Assembly: GCF_001194135.2 (NCBI RefSeq) | Contig: NC_068981.1 | Span: 93,627,664 to 93,691,663, forward strand | Direction: 5' to 3' | DNA length: 64,000 nucleotides | From: Octopus bimaculoides | Lineage: Eukaryota | Part shown: positions 51,431-64,000 of the stretch, one piece after another | Layout: each line of letters starts with the position of its first letter | How positions within the stretch are numbered: the stretch's first letter is position 1 | Program-made: the position numbers and the translations under genes | The notes under the pieces: model-generated | Seen by the model: the letters and a program-made list of their open reading frames with translations, nothing else | What the model was told of the DNA's origin: nothing | Database searches by the model: none

Positions 51431-52794
51431 TTAAATATGCTTTAGCAATAATTAAAGACTTTGCAGAATCTTAAAACATGAAACTAAAAATAGTGGGCGT
51501 TGAGTTGGATTCAGTAACCATACTATGATTGAAGTTCTTGCTTTCATATTTGAAACTTAATTATCTGCACAATTGATATGGAAATTTAACCTTTAACGTC
51601 ACAGCTTCACTAATGAGTTTTCGAAACAAAAAAAATAACGGATAAAACTAAAGCTATGTATATTTTTTTATGTACTGTATTGTAAAACTTATCAACTGAC
51701 GAGCAAATTTAGTTTCACTATTGAAGTAAAAATGTTTATATCATAGTTCCATCACGCAATGAGGTGAGGAAATGTCTGAAATTATCGAAAGTACTTTCTA
51801 CCGGCAGGCAATATGCTTCTTGAATTATTATGAGCGTAGAAAAGATACTTTAAAAAAATCTTTTGCTAACAGTTTGAAGATTTGCTATGATAGTTTGCAT
51901 ATTTTCCGTTTTATCACAGTTGCCACACTGTCACTTGGTGATAATTCCAAACTCAATTGCATTGATAAATAGGAACACACAAATTTGTATTCTTATCACA
52001 TGAGAATATCTTACAATAAAGCTTAAAGAAGTTACTGCAATAGAAACCGTTTTTTCACTGTATAGCAATGAAAGAATCTTACCCAAAGCTATTAAACTGG
52101 TTAAATTGTTTGAAGCAAGAAATATATCGTAACCATGGTTATAATATTTATTTTCCCATATATATATATATATATANNNNNNNNNNNNNNNNNNNNNNNN
52201 NNNNNNNNNNNNNNNNNNNNNNNNNNNNNNNNNNNNNNNNNNNNNNNNNNNNNNNNNNNNNNNNNNNNNNNNTTCACAGGTAGATAGATTCATGGCGTAA
52301 TAAAACTGTAATACTAACTCAGAGATTAATGCACAGTTTAATAACTAACTCAGACGTGGCGGTGCCCGGTATTTTTTCTTAGAATCTCATAAACTTCAGA
52401 ATAAGGAGAGCTCGGTTAAGTTACTACATATAATGTTCTCTTATTTCTTGAGAATCCGCTGTCGAGGAAAAATGTAAATGTATTTCTACAGTGTAAAAAG
52501 AATGTGAATAACTAGAGCGTTTAAAGTGTGAAATACGACGTTGAGAAACAAAAAAAGATTGAGTTCAGATGATTGTTGTATAAAGTCAGGATCTTCAGAT
52601 GAATAAAGACCATTAAATGTTGCTTATGTTTATAAAATTGCCAAAAGTAGAATGTTTCAAAAAATACCGTTTCCAATTTAAAATGTAACCATGTTCGTTT
52701 TTTTTCTTTTAAATTTCCGTTTCTTCTGCTTAATCTGCTATATTGTTTGCAACGCAAGTTGAAATGTATTTCTATGGACAAATGTGTGTGGTGG

Positions 52795-53270
<476 letters not shown>

Positions 53271-53859
53271 ATTGATCTGTCGGTTTATACAGTTCTAAGT
53301 CTGTCATGTTAATAAATTCGAATATTTCAGAAACACGCATGTAACTACGTATGGTACGCTTGATGAAAGGCTAAAAGCTGAATATAGTTTTGATATCTCA
53401 GCAAGTTACAGAAGCATTGACAAATAAATGTTATAACGGCAACGAAAGTAAGTCAAAAGCCAGCTTGAACAACCTTCAAATAATCTCTAAAAAAAAATTG
53501 CGACCGAATGTCGTTTCATTTTACTTTGTTTTGTCTATTGTTAACTTTCTATGAGCTTCATTCGGATGCATGACACAACTTCAGTTCCGTGCATTCATAA
53601 TGATTATAGAAAATTGAATAGGAGGAGATGAGAGAAGCAACATGGTGCATTTCAGTAAAATCAAGCAATCAAACATTATTTCAGCATTCTGTGTGTGTGC
53701 CGTATGTCTGAGTTGTGTGTGCATGGTATGCGCATGCACAGGAGCATTTGTATATATGTATGTAATTCATATGTATTTTATACAGTATAGATATGCATAT
53801 ATATTTACATATTCCGTATATGTCTATAATTTATATACATACATATATCTATACTTAAG

Positions 53860-53904
<45 letters not shown>

Positions 53905-54037
53905 GTGTGTGTGTGTATACATATATATGTTTATATAGGCATGTATATATACATATGAATTATAAGAGAAAAGAAATACGTATACATATATTTATTTACA
54001 CATATAGACACACGCTCGAACACACATACACATATAA

Positions 54038-54092
<55 letters not shown>

Positions 54093-54224
54093 CATACATA
54101 CATACATACATACATACATACATACATACATACTGAGTATCACAAAAATGTATAGGCACTTTAAAAGCTGATAAATTCATTTGATTTTCATTTCTATTTT
54201 GATTTCACCCATTGGGTAATAGAA

Positions 54225-54985
54225 GAAACCAGAATGGAGTTAGAACAGAGGAAATTAAACCTAAAGGGCTATTGGAACATTGGGAACGCAATCGATGTGT
54301 AAGCACATTTGTAGGGATGGGAGGAGTTTCCAATAGATCTACCGACGCTGCATACTGTCACGCGAATTAGAGATAAGTTTGAAGTAGATCTCCATTAGAA
54401 ACTTTCTGGAAGACAATGAACATCGAGGAGCCTCACGAAGCAAGCAAGAAAGCATACTGGGAAAGTATTGTCAGAGTTCAAGAAAATATCTGCAACAAGC
54501 GAGTCGTGCGCTAGGAATTTCGAAATTAAGTGTCCATCACATTTTGAAGAAATTCATTGGAAACATTACACTCATAGATTAGTCTATGATCTCAAGGAAG
54601 ATGATCCGAGCTGGAGAATGGATTTTGCATGTTTGAAGTGACGAGCTATATTTAATCTAAGTATTTCCATTACAATTGCACCATCTAGGATCTGAGAATT
54701 TGCATATTATGGAGGAACATTATGTTAATTCATCAAGTGTTACAGTATGGTGCAGCTTATCATCGAATGGATTAATTTAACCATTCTATTTCGATGATAC
54801 TGGGACTGATCCCAATTACATGAACTTATGGCAAACAATCCGTTATGCTAAACATTTAAGACGAGACTGAGGGTTCGGAATTTTATTTCAGCAAGATGGA
54901 GCACCTCCTACCCTCATAAAAATGTATCGGCCTATCTTGATGACATTTTACTAAACAGGTAGATAGAACAAAGTGGTTCAATGTA
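54225..54985 (+). mobile_element. Decayed Tc1/mariner-superfamily transposase (FQQDGAP type, maT/rosa-like)
   Basis: TVTRIRDKFE, SDE...[50 protein letters not shown]; no TIRs recognised. Confidence 0.8.
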
Positions 54986-55524
54986 TATATGTGAGCGGCT
55001 GTAGGTGTGTATGAATGTATATATGTATCTGCATAAGCAAGTACGTAAAGTTGTGTCCTTCACCATCCTCCTTGCATCGAACTTTCTATCTTGTGTTTTC
55101 TCTGCCCTATTACAACTGTCATCCATTGTTGTTCTAGGTAATTGTATAACTATATATGCTGTGATTTTTTGCCAGAATGACTGATGACATAAATCGATAA
55201 GATTATGGAATTTCTCCAAATGTTTGTGCAAAATTGCAATTTTGTCAGTGAATTTACCGAATCACGTGTAATAATTTATAGACATTGAAATACGAAATGT
55301 CTTCTATATTTTGATTAGTACTATATATATATATATATATATATATGTAGGTATGTATGTATTTATATATCCCGTTTCACGTTGTTCCAGCTATGTGTGT
55401 ATATGTACACACACATATATGTGTATATATATTGTTACGAGTGCGTTCTCCTTGAGAAGAAAGATAAAATAGTGGATTTCATTTGGGCATATAGATTCGA
55501 ACCTGAATCTATAGAATTCCTCTT

Positions 55525-57750
55525 AGGGTTACAGAAGAAGGAATTCCAACCACGTTTCGTGATTTGCTACCTCAACAGCCCCTTAATAGGATCCAGTGGC
55601 TAAAGACATCATCAGGAGGAACCTTGTCGACTGCCCCCAGTATCCTCTTTATTAATTTTCTCAGCTCTGAGCACGAAAATGCAAATTTTCTTTTGAATAG
55701 CGTTGTCATTTTCCTTTCAATGAAGCACCTAGCCCCATTACCAGGTGGTAATACTCGACAGTTCATCTCTGTTCTCTGCACTCTTTGATTAATTTTTCGT
55801 ACCTCTTCTCCTTCCTTTGCCCTGCATTAGCGATATTCTCTTCCTATGTTACTGTCAGCAATAGCAAAATTCCAGTTCTCCGTTCTGTGTTCCGTAGGAT
55901 TAAGTCCGGTCTTTTGTTGTTTTTATGAGTGGAAATATTAATAGTCTTTCCAAATCTGCTGCCAGCTCCCAGTATCACTTCCATCTTTCGTCTGTCTCAT
56001 ATATTTTATTTGAAGGCCTGGTCTTATGTCCTTTTCCCTCCTTCTGGAAGTATATTTTTCCACGCTTTTCCACTTTTGGGTACTCTCCCCTATTATATCC
56101 CTCGATCTTCCCCTTGAGTGCTGTGCTTATGATGCCGAGGACTTGATTGTGACACCATGTATATCTGTCTAGTGCTAGCCTGCAGTTTGACAGAATATGG
56201 CTCACCGTCGCTTTCTTTCCACATCTACATTCATCAGTTGTTTGTATGTTCCACCGGACTAAATTCGCCGGTGAGGGTAAAACGTCGAAGGTAGACTTGA
56301 TCAGAAAGGTTGTCCTTGCTTGTTCCCAAGCACAAAGTTCCTTCCATGAGATTCCGTGACAGACTACATATTCCTCCCATCTCAGGTACTGTCCCTGTTG
56401 ACTACATTGCACTAAAAGTACATTTCGCCTTTCTTCTTCCTCCTTTCTCACTTTCATCTCTTTTACACTGTTCTTGCAAAATGGCCTGAAATTGTGCAAC
56501 CCTAGACCGGCTCTTGCTTCTTGCGTCGCTCCGACTGTACCGACGTGCCTTAGATTTCCGATCGCCCTGTTTACTGCCTCTTCCGCATTCCATTTCCTCC
56601 CTGTTCGTACCTTTGGAGGGTTTTCTCGGATGCTCTGATCTTTCGAATACTTTACCATCATTAGTGTCCTTGCCTTTCCTGCCTTATATTCTTCAGCAAT
56701 TAATGTTATCGGTAGTTGCAGCAGGGGTTTTTCATATAGTGCAATTGTATTCAGTGGTTTTGGAAGACCAAGCTATTTTCTGATAAACATACTGCATCTT
56801 TGTTTCATCCTTTCTACTCTACTCGAGGCTATTTCGTACATTTGCAATGGCCACATTATCCTTGGATACAGTCCAAATTGCAGTATCAAACATTTGAATC
56901 TTCCCGGTAATGTTGTTCTGTCAATTGCCTTTACTCCTTGTCCCACTAAATTGTTTCTTTGCTTTGCTTCTTATCATTTAGTAAATTTTGTACCATATGC
57001 CGAGACGCATTACTGCTTGTTCTTTCAACGTTGGCATGTCTTCACCTCCTATCCTGAATTTCGCTTCCTTTTGGACTCCTTTCACGAAAGCCACGCTTCG
57101 AGATTTTTTGGCTTTGAATTTCATTCTCGCTCATCCTGTTCGTCAAACGGCTCTAACTTTCCATCTGTTGCTTCTCTACATTCTGATAATACAGTAACGT
57201 CGTCCATAAAAGCCCTTGATGGTGTTTTTGTAACGGATTTCTCACAGTTTGTTGATCTTAATAACATCTCCATGACTAGCACAAATAAGATGACTGATAT
57301 CATGCATCCAGCTGCAATACCTACTTCAAGTCGTTGCCACTCTGTTGTGAACTTTCTTGCTGTAAATCTAATCCTCAAGTTGTCGTAGTAACACATGAGC
57401 ATTTATTGAGCATCTTCTGGAATCCAAAAGAAGTCCATAACTGCTTGAATTAGTGTGTGTGGAACAGATCCATATGCATTGGCAAGATCTAGCAATACAA
57501 TGTAAAGGTTTTTCTTCAGTTGTTTTGCACAGGTTATAGCTTCCCAGATGGTCAATGCATGTTCTATGCACCCAGGAATTCCAGGGATCACTGCTTTTTG
57601 GATTGCTTCTTTAACATATCCGTTATGCAGTACGAATTTTATGATTCGTCTAGCAATAATTCCAAACATAATTTTTTCCATCAGTATTTGATAATGAAAT
57701 ATGTCTGAATTGCCCTAGTGTTTTTTCATCTTTCTCTTTAGGGTTACAAG
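55525..57750 (-). mobile_element. HERO-like non-LTR retrotransposon (RT, zinc knuckle, restriction-like endonuclease), 5'-truncated and frameshifted
   Basis: PKEKDEKTLGQFRHISL, GCIEH, LDLANAYGSVPH, GIAAGCMISVILF, AFMDD, RTGRKWNAEEAV, CRCGKKATVSHILSNC, WCHNQVL, RPDLIL...EENIANAGQRKEKRYEKL. The HERO assignment rests on recalled clade motifs. Confidence 0.88.
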
Positions 57751-58315
57751 GGCATTTTCTCACGGAAAATACAATGGTTGACAGCAGTGGCGCTCAACAC
57801 ATGGCCTGCAAGTCGATTTATGTCTTTTCCACTTGACCCATTTCACCTCGTCAATGCAACCATAAGCTGAAAATGGATAAGAATCACCTTCAGCAGTTTT
57901 TTTCCATTGTCCTCTTTTTCTTGCTATTCTACGATAATTATGAATACTAAAATCCAGCAAGCCCAAATTAGTCACTGAAAGGAGTGGCGAAAGAGACGAC
58001 CACAAAGTAGTCTGTGAACGAAGTTGGCGAAAGGAGACGACTACAACCAGAGACGACTATGATGATTACAACTTTCACTAGCTCACATTTCAATTGCAAA
58101 TGTAATTTTATCTTTCTCCGCTGCTGCCTAAGTGACAGGCATCGCGAAAGTATCATTCTGTCTTCCTCCTTCCTCTCTGTCACTCTATCACCCTGGATAT
58201 ATATATATATATATATAAGCGTCCCGTAATACAATCCGTATCACGTCCTCACGTTGTTGTTCTTTGTTGTTGTTTTTTTGTCTTTTTCTTTTTTTGAACC
58301 TATATATATATATAT

Positions 58316-58537
58316 ATTTCTTTATTGCCCGCAGGGGGCTAAACCCAGAGGGGACAAACAAAGGGATTAAGTCGATTACATCGACCCCAGTGCGTAACTG
58401 GTGCTTATATAATCGACCCCGAAAGGATGAAAGGCAAAGTCGACCTCGGCGGAATTTGAACTCAGAACGTAACGGTAGACGAAATACCGCTGAGCATTTC
58501 GGCCGACGTGCTAGCGATTTTGCCAGCTCGCCGCCTT
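58316..58537 (-). mobile_element. SINE family B, full length, alternative tail
   Basis: Head aaggcggcgagctggcaaaatcgctagcac..., body gtcgactttgcctttcatcc, tail ccctttgtttgtcccctctgggtttagccccctgcgggcaataaagaaa. Confidence 0.92.
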
Positions 58538-58559
58538 TAGGTGTATATATATAGGCTAC

Positions 58560-59170
58560 ATTCATGCAATCCAAGAGATCCCTGTCAAGTACCTACAGCA
58601 AATGTAGGCTGTACAAGATCAAGACTGAAGCCATCAACCACATTATTACCAACTGTGAGAGAATTTCTTCCAGATATTGTCTTCCCGGGAAGTATGATAC
58701 AATGACCAGAACTTTCTGGGACATAATAACAAGAAAGAAACTACCTACAGATGAAATCGTCTATATTGAGACCGAATGGGTCTAAAGAATATTCGGGGAA
58801 CTTAAAAATTAAAACAGCCATCAACTTAAAACACAACCATCCGGATACTGTTGTCTGGGAACACAAGGAAAAGATAAGTTTTGTTGTGGAAATCAACTGC
58901 TCTCTGGACACCATTGTGGTTAAAAAATACAAAAGAAAGAGGACCTTAATGGATCACTGATAAGGAGTTTGCAAATCCAGTATCCAAGATGCACTTTCGG
59001 CTTCATACCTAATTATTATTGGAGCAACAGATACATACCACCCCGGCTGAAAGCAAAGTATGGCTGGACTTGGGATATTGGGGAGAGAATGAAATTTCTT
59101 AATTCATATGCTATAAATTATTACGATATCTGGGACTATAAAATCTGCAAGACATTCTTAAGGTTTAAAG
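58560..59170 (+). mobile_element. Second RLE-type LINE (R4/NeSL-like) C-terminal fragment, decayed
   Basis: KCRLYKIKTEAINHIITNC zinc knuckle, LKHNHPDTVVWEHKEKISFVVEINCSLD (PD..E endonuclease core) and QIQYPRCTFGFIP. Confidence 0.8.
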
Positions 59171-59521
59171 TATGATGAACAAAACAAGACGCATTCCTTC
59201 ACAAATTTTCTCTTAAAATTTATTCTCAGTTAAAAAGGGAAAGAGAACATTCATACGTACGTACATATATCGGAGAGGAACGTAGTTGTTTGGTTGAGAG
59301 ATTGTGATGTAAGAAAACTAATGAAGAAATAATGCAGGAATCTTCGTGTGCGAAGACTGAAATAGTTTATAAATTCCTTATTCTCTTGTGACTCATCTAT
59401 TTATCGGGGTGAACAGAGAATTATCGGAGATCAATGAACAACCATGAGCAATCCAAGGCGGAAGTTCGCACACGGCCTATATTTTTTTTTGTGCACGTGC
59501 TTGTGTGCGTATGTATGTGTA

Positions 59522-59558
<37 letters not shown>

Positions 59559-59664
59559 NNNNNNNNNNNNNNNNNNNNNNNNNNNNNNNNNNNNNNNNNN
59601 NNNNNNNNNNNNNNNNNNNNNNNNNNNNNNNNNNNNNNNNNNNNNNNNNNNNNNNNNNNNNNNN

Positions 59665-59705
<41 letters not shown>

Positions 59706-60176
59706 CATTAAATACATGGAAAATTATGCACTTTTATAATTCAGCGTTGTTTTGTCAATTAACTAAGTAGTTGATTAATTAATAGATTAATTTAATTAAT
59801 TAATTCAATGTCAAAGCCCTCCCTTGCCCTACTGCAATGTTACCAGTAACGTCACATTTTCATTTGCACTCGGTTTCTTAAAATTATTTTAAAATTTATG
59901 TGAAGTGTGTGTGTAGATGTGTGCAATTTTGTGCGCGCGTGAATGTTTGTGTGTTTATAGGGGAAAATACAACACTTAGAGAGCAGAAGTGGAGCTGTTA
60001 TCTACAGAGACTTACCTACCCACAGGCATATAAACACGTACACGCACACATTCATACATATACATACATAAAATAGTATATCATGAGATACATAGATAGG
60101 TTAATCTTGAGTGGACAAAATCAGAAATTAGTGATATGGAGGGTGGGGGGTATAAGTGCCCCTAATATGAAATAAT

Positions 60177-60339
60177 CTTTTCTACTCTAGGCACCAGGCC
60201 CGAAATTTTGGAGGAGACACCGAAAGGATTAGAGGCAAAGTTGACCTCAGCGGAATTTGAATTTAGGACGTAGCGGTAGACGAAATACCGCTAAGCATTT
60301 CGCCCGGCGTGCTAATGTTTCTGCCAGCTTACCGTCTTA
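60177..60339 (-). mobile_element. SINE family B with internal deletion and 16-bp TSD
   Basis: TSD cctaatatgaaataat at 60161-60176 and 60340-60355; the central aagtcgattacatcgaccccag segment is absent. Confidence 0.92.
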
Positions 60340-60819
60340 CCTAATATGAAATAATACAGACGGAATGTCCCTATGAAGTCTTCAAAATAAACAGTAAGTA
60401 GAACTAAGCAGACATAACTACCCGAACCGAGAAAAGACATTATGCACAGTAGTTGGAATCAGTACCAATTTTGAGAACCTGGTTTTCACCAAACCAGAAA
60501 GAACAGGCCTAACCAGAAGATTAAAGCTACAAGTTAACAAAAGAACTGTTAAAATATGTAAATAGGCAATACATTTGGAATGTAATAAGATTCATATATA
60601 CAATTATTTCCAGGTGTGCACCCATGTCCGTATGCACAAATGTGCATAAGCATAGAGGTATGCATGTACACTTGTACGTATATATGTATACATAAATATG
60701 AATACATGAAACATATGCACAAGTATACGTACAAGACCATTCTATTGATATTGTCTCGTTTCTGTGGTGGCGAGAAATTTGGAAAATAAAACGAGGAAAA
60801 GATGCACACAAACGTACGA

Positions 60820-61175
60820 ACACACATACATACATCCATCCATACATACATACATGCATGTATGTATATATGTATATATACGTACATACATACACATATA
60901 CATACACACATACACATTCATAGACACACACACACATACATACATGCATAAATGCAGACATACATACACACATACATACATACATACATACATAAATTCA
61001 TACATGCATGCATATATACATGCATGCATGCATAGGTACATACATACACACGCGCACACATACATACATACATACATACATACATACAAACATACATACA
61101 TACATACATACATACATACGGACATAAGTACGTCAGTACATACGTTCACACATGCATCTCATACATCCATATAAC
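60820..61175. repeat. Degenerate (TACA)n/(CA)n microsatellite
   Basis: Directly visible. Confidence 0.95.
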
Positions 61176-61279
61176 ATATATACAAATAAACATGAATGAA
61201 GCATCAGTAATAACAGGAAACAATGAAAATATCATCAAAGTCACAAGATTTTGAATTATGACAAAATATTTCAAGCATC

Positions 61280-61690
61280 TCGCGGGAGCTGTCTGCTAGA
61301 ATGTAGTTTAAATTGTAAACAGCCTCTACAATGAATTATACTACAACGAATATTGTAGTATTAATCATGATTGCTTCTGGTGGTTCAAAATTTAATGAGG
61401 TTTTTCATTTAAATCGGTCAAGGACAAATATTCTATTAAACGTATGGAATGCTACAGACATGCTAATATTTTCTTTGAATTCCGAATAAAGCAGAAAGTA
61501 ATATGCAAAATATGAATGGAGACATTTGTAGAAGAAATGCTACATTTCTGGTGTATGAATTCAATGGAGCTAGTTGTGTACCTATTACAAGTAATTTTAC
61601 TTCATTCTACAGTAATACACTTGGGAAACGCAAGAATATTACACAATTTCCTTTGAAAACCCACGCAAAAAAAAAATTGCTGTAAACCCA
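61280..61690 (+). mobile_element. Decayed PLE GIY-YIG fragment (second type)
   Basis: GAVC*NVV at the start and NTLGKRKNI...HAKKKLL at the end match the G.C...NVVY and N.LNKR.E...C.H..K.LL termini of this endonuclease type. Confidence 0.45.
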
Positions 61691-62496
61691 ACACATTCTG
61701 CATAAATAACATTATTTTTCACACCTGAGATAGTAATAATTATACATATAATTTTGCTTGATCAGTTCTGACCTTGCGCGAAACAGCATCATACAATACT
61801 AAAACAAAATATGTTTGTCATCAGTCGCAACATATATTACTATAATAAATGTAATATAAAGCTAAAACGCAAAACAAAAACATTTCTATCGATGTTTAAC
61901 ATTTGCAACGTAAACAAACTTCAATGATTGGTTATTTTAGAGATAAAATATAAAATAAAACTCAGATATGTGTATTTATACACATGTATATTGGATGAGT
62001 ATGTGTATATATATGTGTGTGTGCAAGTTTGTGTACGCATGCGTCATTGCGTATGTAAATGAGCTTGTGAAATCTGTATGCGCATGTGTGCTTGTCTGTA
62101 CATGTTTGAGTTTCTCAGTATCTATGTTTTTGTGGATGTATGTGTGTTTATAGAAACAAGCTGAGAGTAAGAATGTGAAAATAGTGGAAAATTAGAGAAA
62201 GCGACAGAAAAATAAAAAGGAGGAGTTTATTAAAGGGACAAGTACGATAATGTAAAAAGAATGTGAGAAAAGAAGAGTTGAGTTGATAGAAAAGAAAAAG
62301 GAAATGGCGGTTTATGTATTGTGTAAAAGTATCGATACTACAGGCAACGAAATAGTATATAAGGAAAACGAAGAATGCAGGAGAGCTACTAGATGGGAGA
62401 TAAGTGAAGGAGATATAGACTAACAAAAGATGGCGCGTAAGGGATCAAGAGAAAGTAAATAAGACTGGTGACAAGGGAGTAGAGAATGAAAGAAAC

Positions 62497-62575
<79 letters not shown>

Positions 62576-62577
62576 GC

Positions 62578-62633
<56 letters not shown>

Positions 62634-63129
62634 GAAATAAGAGAATGAGAGGAAGTGTGACGTCTGCATTGTATTCAAGTATTGATAATATTACTATTTT
62701 GTTTGCTGAAAATCGAAATTTTTATAATGGAATTAAGTTACACAAAAACCGGCTGCTATTTTCTGCAATGTTATTCTTGCGTCTTTAAGATAGGGTATTT
62801 GTTTATATAGTTGGAGACATTCGAACAATACATCTGATTACTGAGAATTCTGATTCTGTTAACTTAGTAGTTTAGGCGTTCATTCTTTACTGTGGTTGAC
62901 ATGGCCGAATTGACAAGATATCAAATTACCAGATTGTGAGTTGTGTGGCTGACGATATATTGAGCAGCTCTTTCTATTTCTGGTAATGAAAAAGAAAACC
63001 TATAACCCATTTATGATTTTATCATCGATCACGATTGAAGATAACGGCCGAAAGGAAAATCCATTTGACTGATGGATAAAAAAAACATATCACTCGCCAT
63101 ACACACACAGCATGGAAGCTTCAAAGTGG

Positions 63130-63310
63130 TTGCTAAAAATAGTAACCAGATCCTTTCAAATCACATCCTGCTTCCTGAAAAGATAGTTTGTGTTGGATCA
63201 CGTAACCCTTGATGTACTGTACCTGGACAAAAACGAAGAAAGGATGGTCAAGATTGAGACCCCCTTTTATCATAGGTTTACTCAATTAGGGGCTGATCTG
63301 GGAGTTAAAA
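63130..63310 (+). repeat. Dispersed repeat fragment shared with 16400-16590
   Basis: gttgctaaaaatagtaacc...tcaaatcacatcctgc...aggatggtc...ggggctgatctggg. Confidence 0.45.
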
Positions 63311-63513
63311 ACATCAATTACATCGATACCCCTTCTTCATTAAATCTGCCCCATCAGTATCTCTATCTCTCACTTTCTACCCAGGTTTTACCTTCTGTTG
63401 TTGCTGCTGCTGCTACTACTACTACTATTACTACTGCTGACAACACCACCACCACCACCACTACTGCTGTTGCTGCTGTTGCTGCTGTTGCTACTGTTGT
63501 ACTAGTACTAGTA

Positions 63514-63930
<417 letters not shown>

Positions 63931-64000
63931 ACAGATCTTAGAATGGACCACAGACTATATCTCCCAAAAATCAAAATAGACAATAAAACAACATCAATAA

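Noticed and set aside
57960-58080. Thrice-repeated gagacgac motif as a CRISPR-like or regulatory array
   Set aside because: Repeats are only 8 nt with irregular spacing and there are no cas genes; eukaryotic context.

Overview
AT-rich, repeat-dominated eukaryotic DNA with many N gaps and abundant (TA)n, (CA)n, (TACA)n, (TAGA)n and (AAT)n microsatellites. The SINE families look like those of octopus or another coleoid cephalopod (inference from family resemblance, no search run). I can support no intact host gene, true tRNA or rRNA gene, or CRISPR array; the window reads as intergenic or deep intronic. Retroelements: at least four tRNA-headed SINE-like families in many copies, several Penelope-like element (PLE) pieces, and LINE relics of HERO-like, second RLE-type, RTE/BovB-like and CR1/L2-like kinds. 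DNA transposons: one full-length decayed Tc1, two further Tc1/mariner relics, a hAT MITE and several foldback elements. The most interesting signal is at RNA level: hammerhead-ribozyme cores recur in unrelated mobile elements. They occur (1) in a tRNA-headed short element (39119-39393 and 63514-63928, the second copy rearranged like a twin-priming inversion), (2) in four copies of a PLE terminal repeat with a variant core, and (3) as a weaker CTGATGA...GAAAC motif, next to a pseudoknot-capable block, in the 3' tail of a HERO-like LINE. All alignments, translations and folds were done by eye.
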